A stretch of DNA of 64,000 nucleotides, taken from NCBI GenBank assembly GCA_030390025.1, contig JASTWF010000358.1:124001-188000 (forward strand). Reading direction: 5' to 3'. The stretch's first letter is position 1, and each line of letters begins with the position of its first letter. The stretch is from Squalus acanthias. Lineage: Eukaryota. This document shows, piece by piece, positions 12,001 through 23,637 of the stretch. The position numbers were made by a program, and so were the translations under genes. The notes below the pieces were generated by a model that worked only from the letters and a program-made list of their open reading frames with translations, searched no databases and was not told the DNA's origin.

Positions 12001-15000
12001 CTCATAGAGAGGCATAGTCCCAGAAAGAGGCTGAGTCCCAGAGAGAGAGAGAGACCAGAGAGACACATTCCCAGAGAGAGAGAGAGTCCCAGAAAGAGGC
12101 AGAGTCCCAGAAAGAGGCAGAGTCCCAGAAAGAGGCAGAGTCCCAGAAAGAGGCAGAGTCCCAGAGAGAGGCAGAGTCCCAGAAAGAGGGCAGAGTCCCA
12201 GAAAGAGGCAGAGTCCCAGAAAGAGCAGAGTCCCAGAAAGAGGCAGAGTCCCAGAAAGAGGCAGAGTCCCAGAAGAGGCAGAGTCCCAGAAAGAGGCAGA
12301 GTCCCAGAAAGAGGCAGAGTCCCAGAAAGAGGCAGAGTCCCAGAAAGAGGCAGAGTCCCAGAAGAGGCAGAGTCCCAGAAAGAGGCAGAGTCCCAGAGAA
12401 GAGGCAGAGTCCCAGAGAGAGGCAGAGTCCCAGAAAGAGGCAGAGTCCAGAAAGAGGCAGAGTCCAGAAGAGGCAGAGTCCCAGAAGAGGCAGAGTCCAG
12501 AGAGAGGCAGAGTCCAGATAGAGGCAGAGTCCCAGAAAGAGCAGAGTCCCAGAGAGGCAGAGTCCCAGAAAGAGGCAGAGTCCCAGAAAGAGGCAGAGTC
12601 TCAGAGAGGAGCAGTGTCCCAGTGAGATAGTGTTCCATAAATAGGCAGAGTCCCAGAGAGACTGAGTCCCAGAGAGAGGCAGAGTCCCAGAGATACATAG
12701 TCGCAGAGAGAGAGTCCCAGATAGACAAAGTGCCAGACAGAGAGAGAGTCCCAGAGAGACAGAGTCGCATAGAGAGGCATAGTCCCAGAAAGAGGCTGAG
12801 TCCCAGAGAGAGAGAGAGTCCCAGATGGGAGGAGTCGCTGAGAGAGGCAGGGTCCCAGAAAGACAGAATCCCAGAGAGAGGCAGAGTCCCAGAGAGACTG
12901 AGACACAGAGAGAGAGAGAGAGAGTCCCAGAGAGAAGCAGAGTCTCAGAGAGACAGAGTCCCAGAGAGATAGAGTCCCAGATAGACAGAGCGCCAGACAG
13001 AGAGATAGTCCCAGAGAGACAGAGTCGCTTAGAGAGGCATAGTCCCAGAAAGAGGCTGAGTCCCAGAGAGAGAAAGAGTCCCAGAGAGACACATTCCCAG
13101 AGAGAGAGAGAAAATCCCAGAGAGACAGAGTCCCAGAGAGAGGCAGAGTCCCAGAGAGACAGAGTCCCAGAGAGAGGCAGAGTCCCAGATAGACAAAGTC
13201 AAGAGAGATGCAGAGTCCCAGAGACAGGCAGAGCCAGAGAGAGGCAGTGTCCCAGAGAGACAGAGTCCCAGAGAGTGGCAGAGTCCCAGAGAGACAGAGT
13301 CGCAAAGAGAGGCAGAGTCCCAGAGAGACAAAGTCCCAGAGAGAGGCATAGTCCCATAGAGACAGAGTCCCAGAGAGATGCAGAATCCCAGAGAGACAGA
13401 GTCCCAGAGAGAGGCAGAGTCCCAGATAGACAGAGTCAAGAGAGATGCAGAGTCCCAGAGAGAGGAAGAGTCCCACAGCGAGGCAGTGTCCCAGTGAGAG
13501 GCAGAGTCCAAGAGAGACAGAGTCCCTGAGAGAGGCAGAGTCCCAGTGAGACAGATTCCCAGAGAGAGGCAGAGACCCAGAGAGACAGAGACCCAGAGAG
13601 ACAGAGACACTGAGAGAGTTGAGAGAGTCCCAGAGAGAAGCAGAGTCTCAGAGAGACAGAGTCCCAGTGAGATAGAGTCCCAGATAGACAGAGTGCCAGA
13701 CAGAGAGAGAGTCCCAGAGAGACTGAATCTCATAGAGAGGCCTCGTCCCAGAAAGAGGCTGAGTCCCAGAGAGAGAGTCCCAGAGAGACACATTCCCAGA
13801 GAGAGAGTCCCAGAGAGATAGAGTCCCAGATAGACAGAGTGCCAGACAGAGAGAGAATCCCAGAGAGACAGAGTCTCATAGAGAGGCATCGTCCCAGAAA
13901 GAGGCTGACTCCCAGAGAGAAGCAGAGTCTCTGACCGACAGAGTCCCAGAGACAGAGAGTCCGAGAAAGACAGAGTGCCAGACAGAGAGAGAATCCCAGA
14001 GAGACAGAGTCTCAGAGAGAGGCATGGTCCCAGAAAGACAGAATCCCAGAGAGAGGCAGAGTCCCAGAGAGACAGAGACCCAGAGAGAGAGAGAGAGAGT
14101 CCCAGAGAGAAGCAGAGTCTCAGAGAGACAGAGACCCAGAGAGATAGAGTCCCAGATAGACAGAGTGCCAGACAGAGAGAGAGTCCCAGAGAGACAGAGT
14201 CGCATAGAGAGGCATAGTCCCAGAAAGAGGCTGAGTCCCAGAGAGAGAGAGAGAGTCCCAGAAAGAAGCAGAGTCCCAACGATGCACCCAGAGAGAGGCA
14301 GAGTCCCATAGAGACATAGTCCCAGAGAGAGGCAGGGTCCGAGAGAGACAGAGTCCCAGAGAGAGGCAGAGACACAGAGTCAAGAGTCCCAGAGAGAAGC
14401 AGAGTCTCAGAGAGACAGAGTCCCAGAGAGAAGCAGAGTCCCAACAATGCACCCAGAGAGAGGCAGAGTCCCATAGAGACATAGTCCCAGAGAGACAGAG
14501 TCCAAGAGAGAGGCAGAGTCCCAGAAATACAGATTCCCAGAGAGAGGCAGAGTGTCAGAGAGGCAGATTCCCAGAGAGACAGAGTCCCAGAGATAGGTAG
14601 AGCCCAGAAGAGGCAGAGTCCCAGAAAGAGGCAGAGTCCCAGAAGAGGCAGAGTCCCAGAGAAGAGGCAGTGTCCCAGAAGAGGCCAGAGTCCAGAAGAG
14701 GCAGAGTCCAGAAAGAGGCAGAGTCCCAGAAAGAGGCAGAGTCCCAGAAAGAGGCAGAGTCCCAGAAAGAGGCAGAGTCCAGATAGAGGCAGAGTCCAGA
14801 GAGAGGCAGAGTCCCAGAAAGAGGCAGAGTCCCAGAAAGAGGCAGAGTCCCAGAAAGAGGCAGAGTCCCAGAAAGAGGCAGAGTCCCAAAGAGAGGCAGA
14901 GTCCAGAGAAGAGGCAGTGTCCCAGAAAGAGGCAGAGTCCCAGAGAGAGGCAGAGTCCCAGAAAGAGGCAGAGTCCCAGAAAGAGGCAGAGTCCCAGAAA

Positions 15001-18000
15001 GAGGCAGAGTCCCAGAAAGAGGCAGAGTCCCAGAGAGACAGAGTCCCAGAAAGAGGCAGAGTCCCAGAAAGAGGCAGAGTCCAGAAAGAGGCAGAGTCCC
15101 ATAAGAGGCAGATTCCCAGAGAGAGAGAGAGAATACAAGAGAGACATAGTCCCAGAGAGAGGCAGAGTCCCAGATAGACAGAGTCAAGAGAGATGCAGTG
15201 TCCCAGAGAGAGGCATCGTCCCAGAGCGAGGCAGCATCCCAGAGAGACAGAGACCCACAGAGAGGCAGCATCCCAGAGAGGCAGAGTCCCAGAGAGAGGG
15301 AGAGTCCAAGAGAGACAGAGTCCCTGAGAGAGGCAGAGTCCCAGTGAGACAGAATCCCAGAGAGAGGCAGAGTCCCAGAGAGACAGACTCCCAGAGAGAG
15401 GCAGACTCCCAGAGAGACAGAAACCCAGAGACACAGAGTCCCAGAGAGATGCAGAGTCCGAGAGAGACAGAGTCACAGGGAGAGGCAGAGTCCCAGAGAG
15501 AGGCAGAGTCCCAGAAAGAGCAGAGTCCCAGAGAGACCGGGTCCCAGATAGAGCCAGAGTCCCATAGAGACAGAGTCCCAGAGAGAGGCAGAGTCCGAGA
15601 GAGACAGATTCCCAGAGAGAGACAGCGTCCCAGAGAGACAGAGTGCCAGAGAGAGGAAGAGTCCCACAGAGGCAGAGTCCCAAAAAGTGGCAGAGTCCCA
15701 GAGAGAGGCAAAGTCCCATGAGAGGCAGTGTCCCACAGGGGCAGAATCCCAGAAACAGGCAGAGTTCCAGAAGGACAGAATCCCAGAGAGAGGCAGAGTC
15801 CCAGTGAGACAGAGTCCCAGAGATACAGAGTCCCAGAGAGACGCAGAGTCTCAGAGAGACAGATTCCCAGAGAGACAGAGTCCCAGAGAGAGGCAGAGAC
15901 CCCGAGAGACAGAGTCCCAGATAGAGGCAAAGTCCCAGAGAGACAGTGTCCCAGAGAGAGGCAGAGTCCCAGAGAGACAGAGTCCAAGAGAGAGGCAGAG
16001 TCTCAGAGAGACAGAGTCCCAGAGAGAAGCAAACTCCCAGAGAGTCAGTGTTGCATAAAGAGGCAGAGTCTCAGAGAGATAACGTCCCAGAAAGAGGCTG
16101 ACTCCCAGAGAGAGAGAGAGAGATAGTCCCAGATAGACAGAGTCCCATAGAGAGGCAGAGTCCCTGAGAGACAGAGTCCCAGAGAGAGGCAGACTGCCAG
16201 AGAGACAGAGTCCCAGAAACAGGCAGAGTCCCAGAGAGACAGAGTCCCAGAGAGAGGCAGAGTCCGAGAGAGACAGTGTCCCACGGAGAGGCTGAGGCCC
16301 AGAGAGACAGAGTCCCAGAGAGCGAGAGAGTCCCAGAGAGACAGAGTCCCAGATAAAGCCAGAGTCCCAGAGAGACCGAGACCAAGAGAGAGTCAGAGTC
16401 ACAGAGAGACAGTGAACCAGAAAAAGGCAGGATCCCAGAGAGACAGTGTCCCAGAGAGAGAGAGAGTCCCAGAGAGACACATTCCCAGAGAGAGAGAGAG
16501 AGAATCCCAGAGAGACAGAGTCCCAGAGAGAGGCAGAGTCCCAGAGAGACAGAGTCCAAGAGAGAGGCAGAGTCCCAGATAGACAGAGTCCAGAGAGATG
16601 CAGAGTCCCAGAGAAAGGCAGAGTCCCAGAGCGAGGCAGAGTCCCAGAGAGACAGAGTCCCAGCGAGACAGTGTCCCAGAGAGAAGCAGTGTCCCAGAAA
16701 GAGGCAGAGTCCCTGAGAGAGGCAGAGTCCAGGGAGAGGCAGAGTCCCAGAGAGAGAGAGAGAGTCCCAGAAAGAAGCAGAGTCCCAACGATGCACCCAG
16801 AGAGAGGCAGAGTCCCATAGAGACATAGTCCCAGAGAGAGGCAAGGTCCGAGAGGACAGAGTCCCAGAGAGAGGCAGAGACACAGAGACAAGAGTCCCAG
16901 AGAGAAGCAGAGTTTCAGAGAGACAGAGTCCCAGAGAGAAGCAGATTCTCAGACAGACAGAGTCCCAGAGAGAGTGAGATTCCCAGAAAGAGGTAAGAGT
17001 CCCAGAGATACCGAGTTCCAGAGAGAGGCAGAGTCTGAGAGAGACAGATTCGCAGAGAGACAGAGTCCCAGAGAGAGGCAGAGTCCCAGAAAGACAGAGT
17101 CCCAGAGAAAGGCAAAGTCCCAGAAAGAGGCAGAGTCCCAGAAAGAGGCAGAGTCCCAGAAAGAGGCAGAGTCCCAGAAAGAGGCAGAGTCCCAGAGAGA
17201 GGCAGAGTCCCAGAAAGAGGCAGAGTCCCAGAAAGAGGCAGAGTCCCAGAAAGAGGCAGAGTCCCAGAAAGAGGCAGAGTCCCAGAAGAGGCAGAGTCCC
17301 AGAAAGAGGCAGAGTCCCATCAGAGGCAGAGTCCCAGAAAGAGGCAGAGTCCCAGAAGAGGCAGAGTCCCAGAGAGAGGCAGAGTCCCAGAGAGAGGCAG
17401 AGTCCCAGAAAGAGGCAGAGTCCCAGAAAGAGGCAGAGTCCCAGAAAGAGGCAGAGTCCCAGAAAGAGGCAGAGTCCCAGAAAGAGGCAGAGTCCCAGAA
17501 AGAGGCAGAGTCCCAGAAAGAGGCAGAGTCCCAGAAGAGGCAGAGTCCCAGAAAGAGGCAGAGTCCCAGAAAGAGGCAGAGTCCCAGAAAGAGGCAGAGT
17601 CCCAGAAAGAGGCAGAGTCCCAGAAAGAGGCAGAGTGCCAGACAGAGAGAGAATCCCAGAGAGACAGAGTCTCAGAGAGAGGCATAGTCCCTGAAAGAGG
17701 CTGAGTCCCAGAGAGAGGCAGTGTCCCAGAGGGGAGGAGTCCCTGAGAGAGGCAGGGTCCCAGAAAGACAGAATCCCAGAGAGAGGCAGAGTCCCAGAGA
17801 GACAGAGACCCAGAGAGAGAGAGAGAGAGTTCCAGAGAGAAGCAGAGTCTCAGAGAGACAGAATCCCAGAGAGATAGAGTACCAGATAGACAGAGTGCCA
17901 GACAGAGAGAGATGCCCAGAGAGACAGAGTCTCATAGAGAGGCATAGTCCCAGAAAGAGGCTGAGTCCCAGAGAGAGAGAGAGACCCAGAGAGACACATT

Positions 18001-21000
18001 CCCAGAGAGAGAGAGAGTCCCACAGAGAAGCAGAGTCCCAGAGAGATAGAGTCCCAGATAGACAGAGTGCCAGACAGAGAGAGTATCCCAGAGAGACAGA
18101 GACTCATAGAGAGGCATAGTCCCAGAAAGAGGCTGAGTCCCAGAGAGAGGCAGTGTCCCAGAGGGGAAGAGTCCCTGAGAGAGGCAGGGTCCCAGAAAGA
18201 CAGAATCCCAGAGAGAGGCAGAGTCCCGGAGAGACAGAGACCCAGAGAGAGATGAGAGAGTCCCATAGAGAAGCAGAGTCTCATGGAGAGGCATAGTCCC
18301 AGAAAGAGGCTGAGTCCCAGAGAGAAGCAGAGTCTCAGACCGACAGAGTCCCAGAGACAGAGAGTCCCAGAAAGACAGAGTGCCAGACAGAGAGAGTATC
18401 CCAGAGAGACAGAGTCTCAGAGAGAGTCATAGTCCCTGAAAGAGGCTGAGTCCCAGAGTGTGGCAGAGTCCCAGAGAGACAGAATCCCAGAGAGAGGCAG
18501 AGTCGCAGAGAGACAGAGTCTCAGAGAGGAGCAGTGTCCCAGTGAGATAGTGTTCCATAAATAGGCAGAGTCCCAGAGAGACTGAGTCCCAGAGAGAGGC
18601 AGAGTCCCAGAGATACATAGTCCCAGAGAGAGAGTCCCAGATAGACAGAGTGCCAGACAGAGAGAGAGTCCCAGAGAGACAGAGTCGCATAGAGAGGCAT
18701 AGTCCCAGAAAGCGGCTGAGTCCCAGAGAGAGAGAGAGTCCCAGATGGGAGGAGTCGCTGAGAGAGGCAGGGTCCCAGAAAGACAGAATCCCAGAGAGAG
18801 GCAGAGTCCCAGAGAGACTGAGACACAGAGAGAGAGAGAGTCCCAGAGAGAAGCAGAGTCTCAGAGAGACAGAGTCCCAGGGAGATAGAGTCCCAGATAG
18901 ACAGAGTGCCAGACAGAGAGATAGTCCCAGAGAGACAGAGTCGCATAGAGAGGCATAGTCCCAGAAAGAGGCTGAGTCCCAGAGAGAGAAAGAGTCCCAG
19001 AGAGACACATTCCCAGAGAGAGAGAGAAAATCCCAGAGAGACAGAGTCCCAGAGAGAGGCAGAGTCCCAGAGAGACAGAGTCCCAGAGAGAGGCAGAGTC
19101 CCAGATAGACAAAGTCAAGAGAGATGCAGAGTCCCAGAGACAGGCAGAGCCAGAGAGAGGCAGTGTCCCAGAGAGACAGAGTCCCAGAGAGTGGCAGAGT
19201 CCCAGAGAGACAGAGTCGCAAAGAGAGGCAGAGTCCCAGAGAGACAAAGTCCCAGAGAGAGGCATAGTCCCATAGAGACAGAGTCCCAGAGAGATGCAGA
19301 GTCCGAGAGAGACAGAGTCCCAGAGAGAGGCAGTGTCCCAGATAGACAGAGTCAAGAGAGATGCAGAGTCCCAGAGAGAGGCAGAGTCCCAGAGCGAGGC
19401 AGTGTCCCAGAGAGACAGAGACACACAGAGAGGCAGCATCCCAAAGAGGCAGAGTCCCAGAGAGAGGGAGAGTCCCAGTGAGACAGAATCCCAGAGAGAG
19501 GCAGAGTCCCAGAGAGGAGCAGTGTCCCAGTGAGATAGTTTTCCATAAATAGGCAGAGTCCCAGAGAGACTGAGTCCCAGAGAGAGGCAGAGTCCCAGAG
19601 ATACATAGTCCCAGAGAGAGAGTCCCAGATAGACAGAGTGCCAGAGATAGAGAGAGAGTCCCAGAGTGACAGAGTACCCTAGAGAGGCAGAGTCCCAGAG
19701 AGATAGAGTCCTAGATAAACAGAGTGCCAGACAGAGAGAGAGTCCCAGATAGACAGAGTCAAGAGAGATGCAGAGTCCCAGAGAGAGGCAGAGTCCCAGA
19801 GCGAGGCAGTGTCCAGAGAGACAGAGACTCCCAGAGAGGCAGCCTCCCAGAGAGGCAGAGTCCCAGAGTGTGGCAAAGTCCCAGAGAGACAGAATCCCAG
19901 AGAGAGGCAGAGTCGCAGAGAGACAGAGTCTCAGAGAGCAGAGTCCCAGAGAGAGAGAGAGTCCCAGAAAGACGCAGAGTCCCAACGATGCACCCAGAGA
20001 GATGCAGAGACCCATAGAGACATAGTCCCAGAGAGAGGCAGGGTCCGAGAGAGACAGAGTCCCAGAGAGAGGCAGAGACACAGAGACAAGAGTCCCAGAG
20101 AGAAGCAGAGTCTCAGAGAGACAGAGTCCCAGAGAGAAGCAGATTCTCAGACAGACAGAGTCACAGAGAGAGAGAGATTCCCAGAAAGAGGCAGAGTCCC
20201 AGAGATACCGAGTCCCAGGGAGAGGCAGAGTCTGAGAGAGACAGATTCGCAGAGAGACAGAGTCCCAGAGCGAGGTAGAGTCCCTGAGAGACAGAGTCCC
20301 AGAAAGAGGCAAAGTCCCAGGGAGAGGCAGACTCCAAGAGAGAGGCAGAGTCCCAGAGATACAGATTCCCAGAGAGAGGCAGAGTGTCAGAGAGACAGAA
20401 TCCCAGAGAGACAGAGTCCCAGAGATAGTCAGAGACAGAGAGAGGCAGAGTCCCAGAGAGACAGAGTCCCAGAGAGTTGCAGAGTCCCAGAGAGACAGAG
20501 TCGCAGAGAGAGTCAGAGTCCCATAGAGAAAGAGTCCCAGAGAGATGCATAGTCCGAGAGAGACAGAGTCCCAGAGAGAGGCAGAGTCCCATAGAGACAG
20601 AGTCCCAGAGAGATGCAGAGTCCGAGAGAGACAGAGTCCCAGAGAAAAGCAGAGTCTCAGAGAGAGGCTGAGTCCCAGAGAGAGGCAGGGTCCCAGAGGG
20701 GAAGAGTCACTGAGAGAGGCAGGGTCCCAGAAAGACAGAATCCCAGAGAGAGGCAGAGTCCCAGAGAGACAGAGACCCAGAGAGAGAGAGAGTCCCAGAG
20801 AGAAGCAGAGTCTCACAGAGACCGAGTCCCAGAGAGATATAATCCCAGATAAACAGAGTGCCAGACAGAGAGAGAGTCCCAGAGAGACAGAGTCGCATAG
20901 AGAGGCATAGTCCGAGAAAGACGCTGAGTCCCAGAGAGAGAGAGAGTCCCAGAGAGACACATTCCCAGAGAGAGAGGGAGAATCCCAGAGAGACATAGTC

Positions 21001-21468
21001 CCAGAGAGAGGCAGACTCCCAGAGAGACAGAGTTCCAGATATAGGCAGAGACAGAGAGAGGCAGAGTCCCAGAGAGACAGAGTCCCAGAGAGTGGCAGAG
21101 TCCCAGAGAGACAGAGTCGCAGAGAGAGGCAGAGTCCCAGAGAGACAAAGTCCCTGAGAGAGGCATAGTCTCATAGAGACAGAGTCCCAGAGAGATGCAG
21201 AGTCCGAGACAGACAGAGTCCCAGAGAGAAGCAGAGTTTCAGAGAGAGGCTGAGTCCCAGAGAGATAGAGACCCAGATAGACAGAGTGCCAAACAGAGAG
21301 AGAGTCCCAGAGAGACAGAGTCGCACAAAGAGGCATAGTCCCAGAAAGAGGCTGAGTCCCAGAGAGAGAGAGAGTCCCAGAGAGACACATTCCCAGAGAG
21401 ACAAAGAGAATCCCATAGAGACAGAGTCCCAGAGAGATGCAGAGTCCGAGAGAGACAGAGTATCAGAG
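1..21468 (+). repeat. 18-bp satellite array (consensus GGCAGAGTCCCAGAGAGA), block A, with ~5.7-5.9 kb higher-order repeats
   Basis: Period 18 read directly from positions 1-1500 (GGCAG at 3, 21, 39...). Variant monomers such as CAACGATGCACCC recur at ~8611/14277 and ~10882/16786. Confidence 0.97.
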
Positions 21469-23187
21469 TGTAAGGGATTCTGACCCTGCGTGTCTCGCAG
21501 CCTGTGAGATTCACGCGGCTCTGTGCAGCCTGTATGTCAGTGCGGGTCTAGGCCTTGTTGCCTGTTCTGGTCTCCAGCCAGTCTGGGAACACTAGACACA
21601 CCTGTGAGTGGTTCGAATCACTCTCCCTTACGGTTCTAGACACTGGACTTAGATGCGAGAGCAGTAATGGAGATAAAACTCATGTAGACTTGGTTTGAAT
21701 GGTACGAAATGGAAAATCTTTATTGCATGATACTTAAAATTATGAAATACATGTCATAAGCACAGATTAATGACAGTACAATCTTACAAACAGTTATATA
21801 GTCGATCTTAGGGAAACGAGGAACGAACGGCACAAAATAAATAGGGGCACACATTACAAATATCCTTAATCCTTAAACCCTCCCCTATCAATATCTATCC
21901 TAAACTAGATTTCGTAGGATCTCGAGACTCATGCTCACCACTCGTGATAACTCGGAGAAATTCCGAATAGCTGATCGGATGTTTTTCACCGCAGCACCCA
22001 CGTGTCGGTCAGGAGATCTCCTGGTCCCACTTGTTTACTTGCTTCTGCTGCTCCGGCTAGCAGGCTGGACCGTCTGCTGTGATGAAGATCTATATTGGTT
22101 GGTTTAACAGGTACTCTTCGAGCACAGTTGTCGATATCGTCGATACGATATGTTTTCACATTCCAGTTACTTTGGGCACAGTCCAGTTATCATCGATGCA
22201 ATATGTTTCGTTATAAGTTCGAAGAAGTCTTCCTAGCAAGGAAAACTTGGATAATCGACCTACAGGCGCGGTCGGGATTTACTGACCGTGGCGATGGATA
22301 TGGTCTTCCTCTCTTCTCATCTCATCTCATCTCTTCTCGGGCCTTTTGGTTCCGATACCGGTTACCAATATAGGTCTTCGTTACGCGATACGAGGTAGAT
22401 CCGAACGGATCAGAAAGTTCAACAGTCTTTTCAGAAGAGGCAACAGGCAAGCAGAAGCCCAACTACGAGTACACAGGAGCAGCCACGAGGTTACGAATCG
22501 ACCGGATAAGAGCACAGGAGCAGCCACGATGATAAGAGCAGCAAGAGAGCAAGAGAGCGAATGGACGGTTTGGAGCCTGCAATTATAGTGCAAAATCTTC
22601 CGTTTCCCGCCTAACTATAATGTCCATTCTTTTGTTTAGGGTTTGGCGCTCAAATGTCTTGTATGGGTGATCTCCGTTCTTAATGGGTTTCGGGGCTACT
22701 CGTAAATGTCTGAGTACCTGTTAATATTTCTCCCATTGTTAAATCGGTCGGTGTTCTCCCTGGAGGGTTTTGGGGCTTCCAAGTGTCCTGTATAACTACC
22801 TGCTAACGGCTCTCTCATCGTAGAGTCGTTGGGATTTTACATATTAATGTCTTTTGGATGGGCCCTTGATTACTCGGTACAATGGCTTTCCTTTGTACCT
22901 GGGAGACCGATTTCAGTATCTATGTGTATACTGCAAACCCATAATGTCTCGTGTATTATCTTCACTGTGCTGAATCTTAATCGATCTTGCACAAATGTTT
23001 ATTGGAACGCCATCTTGTCTGCCTGTTGAAAAGTCTAGAATGTTCTGTCACGAGGTGCGGCGGCCATTTTACAGGCTGCTTGTGTCCACTTTAAACCTGC
23101 CAGCATTCTACTGAAATAAAAGCTGTTTGAACGAAACTCTGTGTTTTCTCCTTATTAATAAAATCGCGATATATTGCGAATTCTACA
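21469..23187 (-). repeat. 3' LTR of provirus 1 (1719 bp)
   Basis: Element-sense ends TGTAGAA...CCTTACA; near-identical to 32619-34342; preceded in element sense by a purine tract. Confidence 0.95.
21719..21724 (-). terminator. Candidate polyadenylation signal AATAAA in LTR
   Basis: AATAAA present at the equivalent position in all four LTR copies (32869-32874, 40093-40098, 58547-58552); use not demonstrated. Confidence 0.5.
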
Positions 23188-23188
23188 G

Positions 23189-23199
23189 TCCCTCCTGTT
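23189..23199 (-). promoter_or_regulatory. Polypurine tract (plus-strand primer)
   Basis: AACAGGAGGGA-C immediately before the TG of the 3' LTR in element sense. Confidence 0.7.
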
Positions 23200-23637
23200 G
23201 ATGCGAATAACTCCGCTTATCGTATCAAAAATCATAGTGGTGAGCAATATTATCTCGATTTCTCTCCGAATCCAGCAAATTAATCCCATAACTTTAACCT
23301 AGCTAGGGTCTCTGTGTCGTCCTCATTTCCCAAGAAAACTACATTTTATATCACCGTAGGCATTATTTGCCCTTAAACTTACACCACTTGTTTTCCTTCC
23401 CGGCTTAACCAGGCCGATGCCTCTCGTATCACCTGTATATTCATCTTTTATTCAGGGAAAGGAGAAACAGAACCCAAAACCAAACAATCATTTTTAACTG
23501 TAACACCATCACCAAAATAATCAACACCAACTCTTAAAACATGTCGAGTTCCCAACGTATTTACAATCTCTGAAAATCTTATATGAGTACAGGCTTCCGC
23601 GGCGCACGTGGCGAGCGGGAGTGACGCCATTTTCCGA

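Noticed and set aside
1..21468. CRISPR-like array
   Set aside because: Head-to-tail monomers without unique spacers, no cas genes, eukaryotic retroelement context.
21606..21623. tRNA gene or tRNA-derived SINE suggested by GGTTCGAATC
   Set aside because: No A-box, D-arm, anticodon arm or acceptor stem found around it; kept only as a hairpin.
22095..23029. Short ORFs within the LTRs (and equivalents at 33245-34184, 39263-39732, 57772-58715)
   Set aside because: Mostly non-ATG starts, frames change with the microsatellite length and are not conserved among LTR variants.
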